Below are positions 1 to 9,936 of a stretch of DNA of 64,000 nucleotides, piece after piece. The stretch covers positions 496,236-560,235 of the forward strand of contig CP066685.1 of assembly GCA_016432345.1 (NCBI GenBank). The letters are read 5' to 3'. The notes under the pieces were generated by a model that was not told the DNA's origin, made no database searches, and saw nothing but the letters and a program-made list of their open reading frames with translations. The DNA comes from Candidatus Levyibacteriota bacterium (GTDB lineage Bacteria > Patescibacteriota > Microgenomatia > Levybacterales > UBA12049). Numbering within the stretch: position 1 is the first letter of the stretch; each line of letters opens with the position of its first letter. The position numbers were made by a program, and so were the translations under genes.

Positions 1-894
1 AAGGCGGATATTCATTGGCATACCATTGAAGAACAACTAAAATTTCCTCAAATTCTTAATAAAGAAAATATTGACCTGATGCATTTTCCCTACTTTTCTG
101 TTCCTCTTTTTTATAACAAACCTTTTGTTGTTACGATTCATGACTTAATTTTGCATCATTTTCCAACAGGCCGGGCTTCTACGCTTCCACTACCAGCATA
201 CTGGTTAAAACTATTTGTGTACAGGTTTATTTTGAAAAAATCGGCACAAAAAGCGCGAAGGATACTTACTGTGTCTTATGCAACAAAAGACGAGATTGTT
301 AAGCATTTGCATGTGTCTCAAGATAAAATTATCGTTACATACGAAGGAGTAGATACTAAATCTACAAATACCAAATACCAAATACCAAATACCAAATACT
401 TTTTGTATGTTGGGAATGCGTATCCACACAAGAATCTGGAGAGATTAATAGAAGCATCCACGAGAATCAAGCTAATACTAGTTGGTAGAGAGGATTATTT
501 CTATAAAAGACTAAAGGAGAAAGTAAAAAAAATGGGATTAGAAAAACAAATAGTTTTTTATGGATATGCGACTGACGAAGAACTTTCATTTTTATATAAA
601 AATGCTGAGGCACTAATTATGCCGTCTCTTATGGAAGGATTTGGCTTGCCAGTTTTAGAGGCAATGGCTAATAAATGTTTGGTTTTGGCATCAGATATTC
701 CGGCACATAGAGAAATAGCAGGAGATGCAGTAAGTTATTTTAACCCTCTAGATGTTAGAGATATAGAAAAAAAAATGCAGAACATTCATCCAGATGATAA
801 AGTTCAGAAAGGTTTTGATAGGGCAAAAATGTTTTCATGGGAGAGAATGGCAAAGGAAACTTTAAGTATATATGAAAGTTGCGTTAGTGTATGA
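1..894 (+). CDS. Glycosyltransferase family 4 (GT-B), 5' end outside window
   Basis: Frame open from base 1; VVTIHDL, YVGNAYPHKN and PSLMEGFGLPVLEAMA GT4 motifs. Confidence 0.9.
   Translation, partial: KADIHWHTIEEQLKFPQILNKENIDLMHFPYFSVPLFYNKPFVVTIHDLILHHFPTGRASTLPLPAYWLKLFVYRFILKKSAQKARRILTVSYATKDEIVKHLHVSQDKIIVTYEGVDTKSTNTKYQIPNTKYFLYVGNAYPHKNLERLIEASTRIKLILVGREDYFYKRLKEKVKKMGLEKQIVFYGYATDEELSFLYKNAEALIMPSLMEGFGLPVLEAMANKCLVLASDIPAHREIAGDAVSYFNPLDVRDIEKKMQNIHPDDKVQKGFDRAKMFSWERMAKETLSIYESCVSV
365..399 (+). repeat. (CAAATAC)x5 heptamer tandem repeat inside GT4 gene
   Basis: Five perfect units; encodes TNTKYQIPNTKY. Confidence 0.95.
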
Positions 895-1954
895 TCGAGT
901 AAATAAGTGGGGAGGGGCGGAGAGAGTTTTACTTACTCTTCATGAAATGTTTCCAGACGCTCCGTTATATACTTCTGTATATGATTCAAAGAAGGCGCCA
1001 TGGGCAGATATTTTTGATATTCGAACTTCGTTTTTACAAAAATTGCCGATTTCTTTCCATCACGAATACTACCCATTTTTAATGCCGTTGGCGTTTGAAG
1101 GTTTTTCGTTTGACGATTATGATTTAGTTATTTCTGTAACATCAGAGGCAGCAAAAGGAATTATTACTAAACCACATACTTTACATATTTGTTATTGTCT
1201 GACTCCGACTCGTTATCTGTGGAGTGGTTATGAAAATTATTTTAGAAATCCATTGTTTCAGATACTTTCTTATCCATCGGTTTCTTATCTTCGTGCATGG
1301 GATTTGGTTGCAGCAAAGCGGCCAGATGCGTATATTGCGATTTCGAAAGAAGTTCAAAATAGAATAAAAAAATACTACGATCGAGAATCAGAAGTAATAT
1401 ATCCACCTGTTGAAATACCAAATACCAAATACCAAATACCAAATACTGGCTTCTTTTTAGTTGTTTCACGACTTGTATCATATAAGCGGATTGATATTGC
1501 GATAGAAGCATGTAATAGACTCCGTTTGCCGCTTAAAATTGTAGGTGTAGGATCGGAAGAAAAAAGACTAAAACGAATTGCTGGTTCCACAATTGAATTT
1601 TTAGGAAACTTGACTGATAACGAGCTGGTAAGGTATTATAAAGCGTGTCTTGCGCTTATTTTTCCCGGCAATGAAGATTTTGGGATTGTAATGGGAGAGG
1701 CAAGTCTTTTTAGTAAACCTGTTATTGCATTTAAAGGAGGAGGCGCACTTGAGATTATTAGAGAAGGAAAGACAGGTGCATTTTTTTATCCTCAAACAGC
1801 GCAAGCGTTAACAGATTGTTTAATGATATTTAAATCTAAAAGTTTTAAGGATGAGATTATAAAAGATTGCGCAGTAAGGTTTGGCAAAGATAGGTTTAAA
1901 AAGGCATTTTTTGACATGATTGCTATGTTGTATAAAGAACATAGCAAAAAATAA
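872..1954 (+). CDS. Glycosyltransferase family 4 (WbaZ-like mannosyltransferase)
   Basis: KVALVYD..GGAERVL, CYCLTPTRYLW, VSRLVSYKRID, EDFGIVMGEA. Confidence 0.9.
   Translation: MKVALVYDRVNKWGGAERVLLTLHEMFPDAPLYTSVYDSKKAPWADIFDIRTSFLQKLPISFHHEYYPFLMPLAFEGFSFDDYDLVISVTSEAAKGIITKPHTLHICYCLTPTRYLWSGYENYFRNPLFQILSYPSVSYLRAWDLVAAKRPDAYIAISKEVQNRIKKYYDRESEVIYPPVEIPNTKYQIPNTGFFLVVSRLVSYKRIDIAIEACNRLRLPLKIVGVGSEEKRLKRIAGSTIEFLGNLTDNELVRYYKACLALIFPGNEDFGIVMGEASLFSKPVIAFKGGGALEIIREGKTGAFFYPQTAQALTDCLMIFKSKSFKDEIIKDCAVRFGKDRFKKAFFDMIAMLYKEHSKK
1413..1446 (+). repeat. (AAATACC)x~5 heptamer tandem repeat inside GT4 gene
   Basis: Four perfect units plus AAATAC; encodes EIPNTKYQIPNT. Confidence 0.95.
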
Positions 1955-1955
1955 C

Positions 1956-3038
1956 ATGAAAATTATTGTATTTGCAGGTGGCGTGGGAACACGACTGTGG
2001 CCTGTATCAAGAAAAAACACACCGAAACAATTTGAGAAAATAATTGGAGATAAATCTACTCTCGAACAAACGATTGAGAGGCTTTTATCTTTATATAAAC
2101 CACAAGATATTTATATCGCAACAGGTAAACGATATGAACGCATAATTAAAAAACAGCTTTCTCAAATACCTTATAGTAACTTTATTTTAGAACCAGAAAT
2201 GCGTGATGTTGGTCCAGCGATTGGTTTGGCGGCATCTATACTTGCAAAAAAATATGGAGATGAGCCATTAGCCATTTTGTGGAGCGATCATATTGTAAAA
2301 AATGCCGATGTATTTAAAAAAATCCTCTTTTTGGCAGAAGAAACAATTAAAAGAAAGCAGACCCATTTTATTTTTCTGGCACAAAAACCACGGTTTGCAA
2401 ACCAGAATATGGGTTGGATCGAGGTTGGAGATTTGAAACAGAAGAAAAATGGAGTGTCTGTTTATTTATTTAAAAAACTTATTTATCGCCCAGATCTTTC
2501 GGATGCAACCTTATTTTATAACAATGAAAACTTTGTGTGGAATTTAGGATATTTCGTAACAACTCCCAATTATCTTTGTTCGCTTTTTAAAACATTTACC
2601 CCTGATATGTACGTAAAACTTGAAGAAATTAGTCAAAGTTATGGGAGTACTATGTTTGAGAAAAAACTTAAACTTTTATATCCAACTTTAGAAAAGATAA
2701 GTTTTGATGATGCGATTTTGGTAAAAATGAAGCCTAGTAATGTTCTTGTTATCTCCGGGGATCTTGGGTGGAGCGATGTTGGCGCCTGGGAATCATTGAA
2801 AGAAGCATTAACAGAATCAGCAAACGACAATGTTACGAATGGCAAAGTGCTTCTTGAAGAAAGCCATGATAGCCTTGTTTTTAATTATAATGATCAACTT
2901 GTTGTTGGAATTGATTTAAATCAGATGCTAGTTATTAATACAAGAGATGTTCTTTTAGTATGTCCAAAAACAGCAGTTCCTAAAATTAAAAAGCTGGTAG
3001 AGAGTCTTTCTGGAACTGCGCATGAACATTTAGCGTAA
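1956..3038 (+). CDS. manC: Mannose-1-phosphate guanylyltransferase
   Basis: AGGVGTRLWPVSRKNTPKQF, ISFDDAI, GWSDVGAW; start moved to ATG 1956 just after upstream stop. Confidence 0.88.
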   Translation: MKIIVFAGGVGTRLWPVSRKNTPKQFEKIIGDKSTLEQTIERLLSLYKPQDIYIATGKRYERIIKKQLSQIPYSNFILEPEMRDVGPAIGLAASILAKKYGDEPLAILWSDHIVKNADVFKKILFLAEETIKRKQTHFIFLAQKPRFANQNMGWIEVGDLKQKKNGVSVYLFKKLIYRPDLSDATLFYNNENFVWNLGYFVTTPNYLCSLFKTFTPDMYVKLEEISQSYGSTMFEKKLKLLYPTLEKISFDDAILVKMKPSNVLVISGDLGWSDVGAWESLKEALTESANDNVTNGKVLLEESHDSLVFNYNDQLVVGIDLNQMLVINTRDVLLVCPKTAVPKIKKLVESLSGTAHEHLA

Positions 3039-3039
3039 T

Positions 3040-3711
3040 ATGGCTTACCAACAGACAGAGATAACAAAGAGCGTTTATTATGAAATTGATAAAAGAATTT
3101 TAGATATTGTATTTTCCTTATTTCTTCTTATTATATTTTTGCCAATTATTATTATTATTGCATTTCTTATTTGGCTTGATTTTTCGGGTCCAATTCTTGC
3201 AGATACACCAGAGAGGGTTGGGAAAAATGGTAAATTGTTTAAGATGTATAAATTTCGTTCAATGATTCAAAATGCTCATGAAATATTGCGCGAAAATCCA
3301 AAATTTCAGAAATTATTTGATGAGTATAAAAAAGGAAGCTACAAACTTAGAGATGATCCAAGAATAACTAATCTTGGAAAGTATATTCGTAAACACTCTT
3401 TAGATGAGGTTCCTCAACTTATTAATGTATTAAAAGGTGAAATGAGTCTGGTTGGCCCTCGGGCTTATTATCCAGACGAATTGCGGGAACAACAAAAAAA
3501 ATATCCCGAAACAAAAAAAGCAGTTAAAACTGTGCTTTCTGTTAGACCTGGTATTACAGGTTATTGGCAGGTTTCGGGGAGAAGTGCGATAAATTTTGAC
3601 AAACGGATTGAAATGGATGCTGAATATGTGCGAAAGAGGTCAGTTTTTCAAGATTTATGGATAATTGCAAAGACCCCTTGGGCAATGATTTCTGGAAAAG
3701 GAGCGCTATAG
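3040..3711 (+). CDS. Priming undecaprenyl-phosphate sugar phosphotransferase (bacterial sugar transferase family)
   Basis: KRILDI, FKMYKFRSM, DDPRIT, SLDEVPQLINVLKGEMSLVGPR, PGITGYWQVSGRS. Confidence 0.92.
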   Translation: MAYQQTEITKSVYYEIDKRILDIVFSLFLLIIFLPIIIIIAFLIWLDFSGPILADTPERVGKNGKLFKMYKFRSMIQNAHEILRENPKFQKLFDEYKKGSYKLRDDPRITNLGKYIRKHSLDEVPQLINVLKGEMSLVGPRAYYPDELREQQKKYPETKKAVKTVLSVRPGITGYWQVSGRSAINFDKRIEMDAEYVRKRSVFQDLWIIAKTPWAMISGKGAL

Positions 3712-3730
3712 CTTTCTTGATCTCGCAGGA

Positions 3731-3760
3731 TTGACATTAGTTAATTTATTAAGTTATCAT
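3731..3760 (+). promoter_or_regulatory. sigma70-type promoter, TTGACA-18-TATCAT, 8 nt before ATG 3769
   Basis: Consensus -35 and near-consensus -10 in intergenic gap. Confidence 0.65.
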
Positions 3761-3768
3761 TACATGAT

Positions 3769-5736
3769 ATGGATGATTTGCCAAAAATGGAACTTCACTC
3801 TCCAGAAATAACATTAGTAGATAAAAAGAAACGTTTTTCCACAATGAAGCCTAATAAAAAATTAGTATTTATAATACTTATTCCTTTTGTTCTTATTATA
3901 GCTTTAGTAGCTATTGCTATTGTGCCAGCGAAAAAAACATACTTTTCAGCTCAAAAAACGTATAAGCAAGCAAGGGTAGCATGGGACGCTATTAAAAAAC
4001 AAAACATAGATCTTGGAGAAGAAGAACTTAAAAAAACAAAGGTAAGTCTTGAAGATACAAAGAAGGAACTTGAAGGTTTGTCTTTTCTTCGATTTATTCC
4101 TATAGCAAGTTGGTACTACAATGATGCAAATCATTTGTTAAAGGTTGGACTTCATAGCATAGACGCTTCGTTTATTGTGGTTGATGCTATCAAACCATAC
4201 TCGGATATTTTAGGACTTAAAGGAAAAGGTGGCAGTTTTGTCATGGGGAGCGCCGAACAGCGAATTCAGACAGCAATTTTGACTATGGGTAAAATTACTC
4301 CGCGTATAGATGATGTGGCAGAGAATATTGCCTTGGCTAAAACCGAAATAGACGCTGTTGATTCTAATCATTATCCGGCTTTCTTAGGGTTAGGAAAACT
4401 AAATACACAACTTGCTCAAGCGAAGGAATTTATAGATGGAACAACTGTTTTTGTAAATCAAGCGCAGCCGCTTATTAAAGTGTTGCCTTCTCTTTTGGGA
4501 GAGTCTGAACAGAAAAAATATCTTATTTTATTCCAAAATGCCAACGAATTGCGTCCAACAGGGGGATTTCTTACTGCTTATGCTATTTTTAGTATTGATA
4601 AAGGCAAAATTACTGTTGAAAAATCTGATGATATTTATAATTTGGACAATACAATCCCAAATTCTAAAAAGCCAAAAGCGCCGGCCCCAATTCTTAATTA
4701 TCTTGTTGGTGTACCTCTTCTTAATTTACGTGATGCCAACTTATCGCCTGACTTTCTCGAATCAATAAAAACTTTTAAGAGTTTATATGAGTTTTCCAGT
4801 GTCAAAGAGAAAATTGACGGTATTATAGCTTTGGATTCAAATGTTTTAACATCCGTGATTAAAATTTTAGATGACGAGGTATGGGCTGGCGGGATGGAAT
4901 TTACCACAAAAAACGATCCTCGATGTAATTGTCCCCAGGCAATATATAAACTTGAAAGTCTTATTAGCACTCCAAAAAGTTTGGATTTACGAGTTACCTC
5001 ACTTGCTGCTGCGCAGGCGCAACGAAAAGATATTCTTGGTACTTTGTTATATTCAATTATGCAAAAAGCCTTAAAGTCTTCTCCTAAAAAGTACTGGGGC
5101 CCGCTAGTGCAAGATTTGATAACTCAAGCTAATGAGAAGCATGTTCTTTTTGCTCTTAATAATAAAGATGCGCAACGAGGTGTAGAGGCATTAAATATGG
5201 CAGGACAGATAAAAAATGCGGAGGGAGACTATTTCCATTTCAACGACACCAATCTTGGCGGCGCTAAATCAAACCTTTTTGTAAAAGAAACAGTTGATCA
5301 AGATATAAAGGTGGATGGCGATGGCACCATAACAAAGACGGTTACTGTTTTGTATAAAAATCCTTTTCCTCCTTCTGATTGTAATTTGGAAAGAGGCAAT
5401 TTATGTTTAAATGGAATTTTACGCGACTGGTTTCGTTTATATGTTCCAAAGGGAAGCGTACTTATAGATAGTAAGGGTTCGGAGGTAAAAGTAACTACCA
5501 TAGAAGACTTAAACAAGACTGTATTTGAAGGATTTTTAACTGTTCGCCCGCAAGGATCAGCAATATTAACATTAACATATAGCTTGCCATTTAAATTGAA
5601 AGCAGGATCTCCATTACCGCTTCTTATTCAAAAACAGCCTGGAACAGACAAGAATGAATATACAGTTAAAATAAATGGAAGAACTGTTAATACATTTCCA
5701 TTGTTGACAGACAGAGAGTTAGTTATTAAACGATAA
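3769..5736 (+). CDS. Membrane-anchored DUF4012-like protein
   Basis: N-terminal TM; YLILFQNANELRPTGGF, LRDANLSPDF, IDGIIALD, NLGGAKSN, LLIQKQPG motifs. Confidence 0.75.
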   Translation: MDDLPKMELHSPEITLVDKKKRFSTMKPNKKLVFIILIPFVLIIALVAIAIVPAKKTYFSAQKTYKQARVAWDAIKKQNIDLGEEELKKTKVSLEDTKKELEGLSFLRFIPIASWYYNDANHLLKVGLHSIDASFIVVDAIKPYSDILGLKGKGGSFVMGSAEQRIQTAILTMGKITPRIDDVAENIALAKTEIDAVDSNHYPAFLGLGKLNTQLAQAKEFIDGTTVFVNQAQPLIKVLPSLLGESEQKKYLILFQNANELRPTGGFLTAYAIFSIDKGKITVEKSDDIYNLDNTIPNSKKPKAPAPILNYLVGVPLLNLRDANLSPDFLESIKTFKSLYEFSSVKEKIDGIIALDSNVLTSVIKILDDEVWAGGMEFTTKNDPRCNCPQAIYKLESLISTPKSLDLRVTSLAAAQAQRKDILGTLLYSIMQKALKSSPKKYWGPLVQDLITQANEKHVLFALNNKDAQRGVEALNMAGQIKNAEGDYFHFNDTNLGGAKSNLFVKETVDQDIKVDGDGTITKTVTVLYKNPFPPSDCNLERGNLCLNGILRDWFRLYVPKGSVLIDSKGSEVKVTTIEDLNKTVFEGFLTVRPQGSAILTLTYSLPFKLKAGSPLPLLIQKQPGTDKNEYTVKINGRTVNTFPLLTDRELVIKR

Positions 5737-5740
5737 ATAT

Positions 5741-6283
5741 ATGAGACATCTTAAAACAGAAGGGATTATTATTAAACGTCGAAATAGTGGCGAGGCAGAT
5801 AGGATTCTTACTGTTTTTACTAAAAATAGCGGCAAGATACTTGTCAAAGCCATTGGTGTTCGCAGAATTATCAGTCGCCGGTCTCCTCATATAGAACTTC
5901 TGAATTATTCTTTTTTAACAGTATATAAAGGTCGAAATCTGCCTATTCTTACCGAGGCGCAGACAATTGATGATTTTTCGTCTTTAAAAACTAATCTTAA
6001 AACAATTGGTATTGCCTATCATCTTTGTGAGCTGATCGACAGTTTGTGCGCCGAAAATCAAGAGCAGGTGTTAGTATTTTCACTTCTTTTGCAAACACTT
6101 ATAAATCTTTCGGAAGGAAAAGATGCCAAGCAAGTTGTTTATGATTTTGAACATAGATTGCTTTTGGAGCTTGGATTTTCTTCACATATTCCATTATTAA
6201 GAACTGTTGATACTCACGCGGCAATTGAAGGTATTTTGGAGAGAAGACTAAAAACTACTCAACTTTTACAACATTTCCTCTAG
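5741..6283 (+). CDS. recO: DNA repair protein RecO (short form)
   Basis: EGIIIKRRNSGEADRILTVFTKNSGKI N-terminal OB-fold signature. Confidence 0.88.
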   Translation: MRHLKTEGIIIKRRNSGEADRILTVFTKNSGKILVKAIGVRRIISRRSPHIELLNYSFLTVYKGRNLPILTEAQTIDDFSSLKTNLKTIGIAYHLCELIDSLCAENQEQVLVFSLLLQTLINLSEGKDAKQVVYDFEHRLLLELGFSSHIPLLRTVDTHAAIEGILERRLKTTQLLQHFL

Positions 6284-6316
6284 AATTTTTATTCGTATTT
6301 CTGCTATCATACGTCT

Positions 6317-7648
6317 ATGATAGATAATTTAATGGAAAAGCTGGTGGCACTTTGCAAACGCAGAGGTTTTATTTTTCCCGGGAGCGAATTATATGGGGGG
6401 CTAAATGGTACATGGGATTTAGGTCCATTGGGAGTGGCATTTGCCAACAACGTTAAGAAAGAATGGTGGAAAAGTGTTGTACAAGACAGAGAAGATGTTG
6501 TTGGACTTGATTCTGCAATTTTGCATCACCCGCAAGTTTGGGAAGCCTCTGGTCATGTGGCATCTTTTACAGATCCGCTTATTGAATGTAAAGTTTGCCA
6601 CGCGCGATTTCGCGCTGACCACAAAAACAACATTACTTTGCACGAAAAAACGCATCAAGAAAAAAATATTTGGACAGAAGTAAAATCATTTAATCTGATG
6701 TTTAAGACCTTTGTTGGTCCAATTGATGATGAGAAAAATAAGACCTATCTTCGTCCAGAAACAGCTCAAGGTATTTTTATTAATTTTAAGAATGTTTTGG
6801 AAACTACAAGAATAAAAATTCCTTTTGGTATTGCTCAAATTGGTAAGGGTTTTCGAAACGAAATCACCACCGGTAATTTTTTGTTTAGAGTTAGGGAATT
6901 CGAAATGATGGAGCTTGAGTTTTTTGTAAAACCAGGAACAGACAAGAAATGGCACGACTTTTGGAAACAAGAACGATTACAGTGGTATTTATCGCTTGGT
7001 ATAAAAAAAGAAAATATAAAACTTGTGGATTTACCAAAAGAAGATATCGCCCATTATTCAAAAGGCACAACCGAAGTCTGGTATAAATGGCCATTTAGTA
7101 GTTCGTCTGGTAAATCTGATTTTGGCGAACTGGAAGGTATTGCTAATAGAGGAGATTACGATTTAACGCAGCATGCAAAGTACATAGGCAAAGATATTTC
7201 TTATTTTGATCAAGAAGGTAACGAAAGATATGTGCCTTATGTAATTGAACCATCTGTTGGTGTTGGCAGGGCAATTTTGGCATTTTTAATAGATGCCTAT
7301 TATGAAGAAGAAAAACGAGTAGTGCTTAAACTTCATCCAAAACTTGCTCCATGTAAAGTTGCGGTTTTTCCGCTTCTTGGCAATAAAGAAGAGCTTATTG
7401 TAAAAGCAAAAGAAATATATAAAATTCTTAAAGAGTTGTTTGGAGGAGCAGTTATGTTTGATGATAGGGGAAACATTGGCAAACGATATTTATATCAAGA
7501 TGAAATTGGAACGCCTTGGTGTGTAACTGTTGATTTTGAAACATTAAAAGACAATGCAGTAACAGTGCGCGACCGCGATACTACCAAACAAGAACGAATT
7601 GTAATTTCCAAAGTTTCTTCTTTTCTGGAAAAGAAGCTTAATAGTTGA
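6317..7648 (+). CDS. glyQS: Glycine--tRNA ligase, homodimeric type
   Basis: CKRRGFIFPGSELYGG, YLRPETAQGIF, FRNEIT, FRVREFEMME, IEPSVGVGR, DEIGTP. Confidence 0.96.
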   Translation: MIDNLMEKLVALCKRRGFIFPGSELYGGLNGTWDLGPLGVAFANNVKKEWWKSVVQDREDVVGLDSAILHHPQVWEASGHVASFTDPLIECKVCHARFRADHKNNITLHEKTHQEKNIWTEVKSFNLMFKTFVGPIDDEKNKTYLRPETAQGIFINFKNVLETTRIKIPFGIAQIGKGFRNEITTGNFLFRVREFEMMELEFFVKPGTDKKWHDFWKQERLQWYLSLGIKKENIKLVDLPKEDIAHYSKGTTEVWYKWPFSSSSGKSDFGELEGIANRGDYDLTQHAKYIGKDISYFDQEGNERYVPYVIEPSVGVGRAILAFLIDAYYEEEKRVVLKLHPKLAPCKVAVFPLLGNKEELIVKAKEIYKILKELFGGAVMFDDRGNIGKRYLYQDEIGTPWCVTVDFETLKDNAVTVRDRDTTKQERIVISKVSSFLEKKLNS

Positions 7649-7701
7649 TCTCGCTGTGGGGTTGACAATTTTAAGTGTGTTGATACAATAAAATAAGCTA
7701 T

Positions 7702-8169
7702 ATGCAAAACAAAAATATTGTAATGGCCGCAGGAGTTGTTTTTTTACTTGTTGCGGGTGGAGGATATTTTCTGTTTTTCCAAAAATCGTCTCCAGAGCCA
7801 GTTAAAACGCAAGAAAATATAGAAGAAGAGGTTGTTATTCCAACACTTACTCCACAACAGATTGGATTGGCATTTATTGCCAGAAGCGATAAAAGGGCTG
7901 TTAAGTTTAGTCTAACAGAGGTTTCTGATATTACATCAATTGATTACGAAATATCATATACAGCAAAGGGAGACATTCCACGCGGTGCAATTGGCCATAT
8001 TGATATTAAACCAACGGATGGAAAAACAGAAACAAATTATATTGATTTAGGAACATGCTCGTCGGGCAAATGCAAATATGATGAGGGTGTTGAGTCGGTT
8101 AAACTTTTTTTAAAAATTGCAAAAAATGACGGCAAGAATTATTCTGTAGAAGATTCTCTTAACTTTTAA
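7702..8169 (+). CDS. Hypothetical protein, N-terminal TM anchor, GTCSSGKC cysteine pair
   Basis: 155-aa ORF with hydrophobic N-terminus; own promoter TTGACA(7662)-16-TACAAT. Confidence 0.7.
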   Translation: MQNKNIVMAAGVVFLLVAGGGYFLFFQKSSPEPVKTQENIEEEVVIPTLTPQQIGLAFIARSDKRAVKFSLTEVSDITSIDYEISYTAKGDIPRGAIGHIDIKPTDGKTETNYIDLGTCSSGKCKYDEGVESVKLFLKIAKNDGKNYSVEDSLNF

Positions 8170-8251
8170 TTTCTCCAAATACCTATCTTCAGTAAATCTC
8201 TATATATGGTGTTTGTTTTGGGAAAAATCACTATTTTAGTTTGTTTGCCAC

Positions 8252-8312
8252 TTGACAACTTAATTAAAAATACCCAAAATGGGATATAGTGGGATAAGGT
8301 GGGATAGATTGG
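8252..8312 (+). promoter_or_regulatory. dcw promoter (TTGACA-17-CAAAAT) followed by MraZ-binding direct repeats TGGGATA x3 at 10-bp spacing
   Basis: TGGGATA at 8280, 8290, 8300 (TGG at 8310) directly upstream of mraZ; matches known MraZ box architecture. Confidence 0.85.
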
Positions 8313-8324
8313 CGAGGCAGGACT

Positions 8325-8768
8325 ATGTTACTTGGACAATATGATGGAAAAGCAGATGAAAAAGGAAGAATAGCATTTCCAAAAAAGTTACGGACTGCAA
8401 TTGGCAATAAGATAATTGTGACGTTTGGATATGAAAATTCGCTTATCGTCGTATCGGAAGAAAATTGGAAATCGCTACTTGAGGGGACAAAAGGAAAGCC
8501 ATTTATTCAAAAAGACGCGCGGGAAACGCAGCGATTTTTACTGGGAGGGGCAAGTTTTGTTGAACTTGACAGCAAAGGAAGGTTTGTATTGCCAGCTTAT
8601 TTACGAGAATTTGCAAAAGTTACGGGAGAAATTGTATTCCTAGGATTGTTTAGATACGTTGAAATTTGGGACAAAAAACGCTGGTTAGAATACATGGAGA
8701 CGCTTCAGAAAAGTATTGACACAATTGCAAAGAGGTTGACAGAGAGGGAAGAAGGATATAAAGGGTGA
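8325..8768 (+). CDS. mraZ: Transcriptional regulator MraZ
   Basis: MLLGQY..DEKGRIAFP, ELDSKGRFVLP, YVEIWD; first gene of dcw cluster. Confidence 0.95.
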   Translation: MLLGQYDGKADEKGRIAFPKKLRTAIGNKIIVTFGYENSLIVVSEENWKSLLEGTKGKPFIQKDARETQRFLLGGASFVELDSKGRFVLPAYLREFAKVTGEIVFLGLFRYVEIWDKKRWLEYMETLQKSIDTIAKRLTEREEGYKG

Positions 8769-9652
8769 TGGAAACGTATCATATACCGGTGCTTTTACAG
8801 GAAGTTATATCGTATCTTAACCCGCATAACGGAAAAAAGTATATTGATGCGACACTTGGAGGAGGAGGACACACAGGGGAGATTTTGAGGAGAGGCGGGA
8901 TAGTGTTGGGGATTGATATAGATCAAGATGCTATTAAGTACGTTCAGGAAAATCTCAAAAATTTAAAACAGCTAACTTTGGCGAGGGGGAATTTTAGAAA
9001 CATTGGAGAGATTGCGCGCTTACACGGTTTTAACAGAGTTTCTGGGATACTTTTCGATTTGGGGGTTTCGAGCCATCAATTTGATACAGCAGAAAGAGGA
9101 TTTAGTTTTCAAAAAGATGCACCGCTTGATATGCGGATGGATTCGTTAGGAGCATCAGGGCAGGTGAGAGCATCGGATCTTGTTAATGCTTTAACGAAAG
9201 GAGAACTCTATGAACTTTTTCGTAAACTTGGTGAAGAGCGTTGTGCTTGGGCCATTTCTGAAAGTATTGTTTGCGCCCGTAAAATAAAACCAATTGAAAC
9301 AACGAAAGAATTGGCGGATATTGTTGTAAAAGCAATGCCAAGAAAAATTTTTTCTGGTATTCATCCAGCAACCAAAGCGTTTCAGGCGCTGCGCATGGCG
9401 GTAAATGATGAGTTGGGAAATATTACGGCTGCTCTTCCGCAGGCATTTGATTTGCTTGAGAAGAATGGAAGATTGCTTGTTATTTCTTTTCATTCTTTGG
9501 AAGATCGGATAGTAAAAAATATATTTTTGGATTTGAAGAAAAAGAGTCAAGGAATTATTTTTACAAAAAAGCCAATTGCGCCGATTGAAAAAGAGATTTT
9601 AGCAAATAAAAGGAGCCGAAGCGCAAAACTTCGAGTAATTGAAAAATTATGA
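8765..9652 (+). CDS. rsmH: 16S rRNA m4C1402 methyltransferase
   Basis: HIPVLL, DATLGGGGH, DLGVSS, ISFHSLEDRIVK, RSRSAKLR. Confidence 0.96.
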   Translation: MMETYHIPVLLQEVISYLNPHNGKKYIDATLGGGGHTGEILRRGGIVLGIDIDQDAIKYVQENLKNLKQLTLARGNFRNIGEIARLHGFNRVSGILFDLGVSSHQFDTAERGFSFQKDAPLDMRMDSLGASGQVRASDLVNALTKGELYELFRKLGEERCAWAISESIVCARKIKPIETTKELADIVVKAMPRKIFSGIHPATKAFQALRMAVNDELGNITAALPQAFDLLEKNGRLLVISFHSLEDRIVKNIFLDLKKKSQGIIFTKKPIAPIEKEILANKRSRSAKLRVIEKL

Positions 9653-9936
9653 GGAAGAAAAGTACAGTATTTATGGCAATTGTTATTGCAAGCGTTGTTG
9701 TTTTTTCTATAGGGCAAGTAGCTGTAGCCAATAGCCTTTCAACAACTGGCATAACGTTATCAAAAATAGAAAAAGAAATAAATGCCTATTCTCTGGAAAA
9801 TTCATTATTAAAAGAAAAACTTCTGGTTAAGGAGTCATTGCAGTATATCGCATCAGAAGCGGCAACAATTGGTTTTGCGGAGGTAAAGTCGCAAATAATT
9901 ATTGGCAGTTCTTTGCCAATTGCCATTAAGCCATGA
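9649..9936 (+). CDS. Probable FtsL-like cell division protein
   Basis: Small TM + coiled-coil protein between rsmH and ftsI. Confidence 0.6.
   Translation: MRKKSTVFMAIVIASVVVFSIGQVAVANSLSTTGITLSKIEKEINAYSLENSLLKEKLLVKESLQYIASEAATIGFAEVKSQIIIGSSLPIAIKP

Noticed and set aside
8280..8312. 10-bp period repeats as CRISPR or iterons
   Set aside because: Too short, no spacers; explained as MraZ boxes
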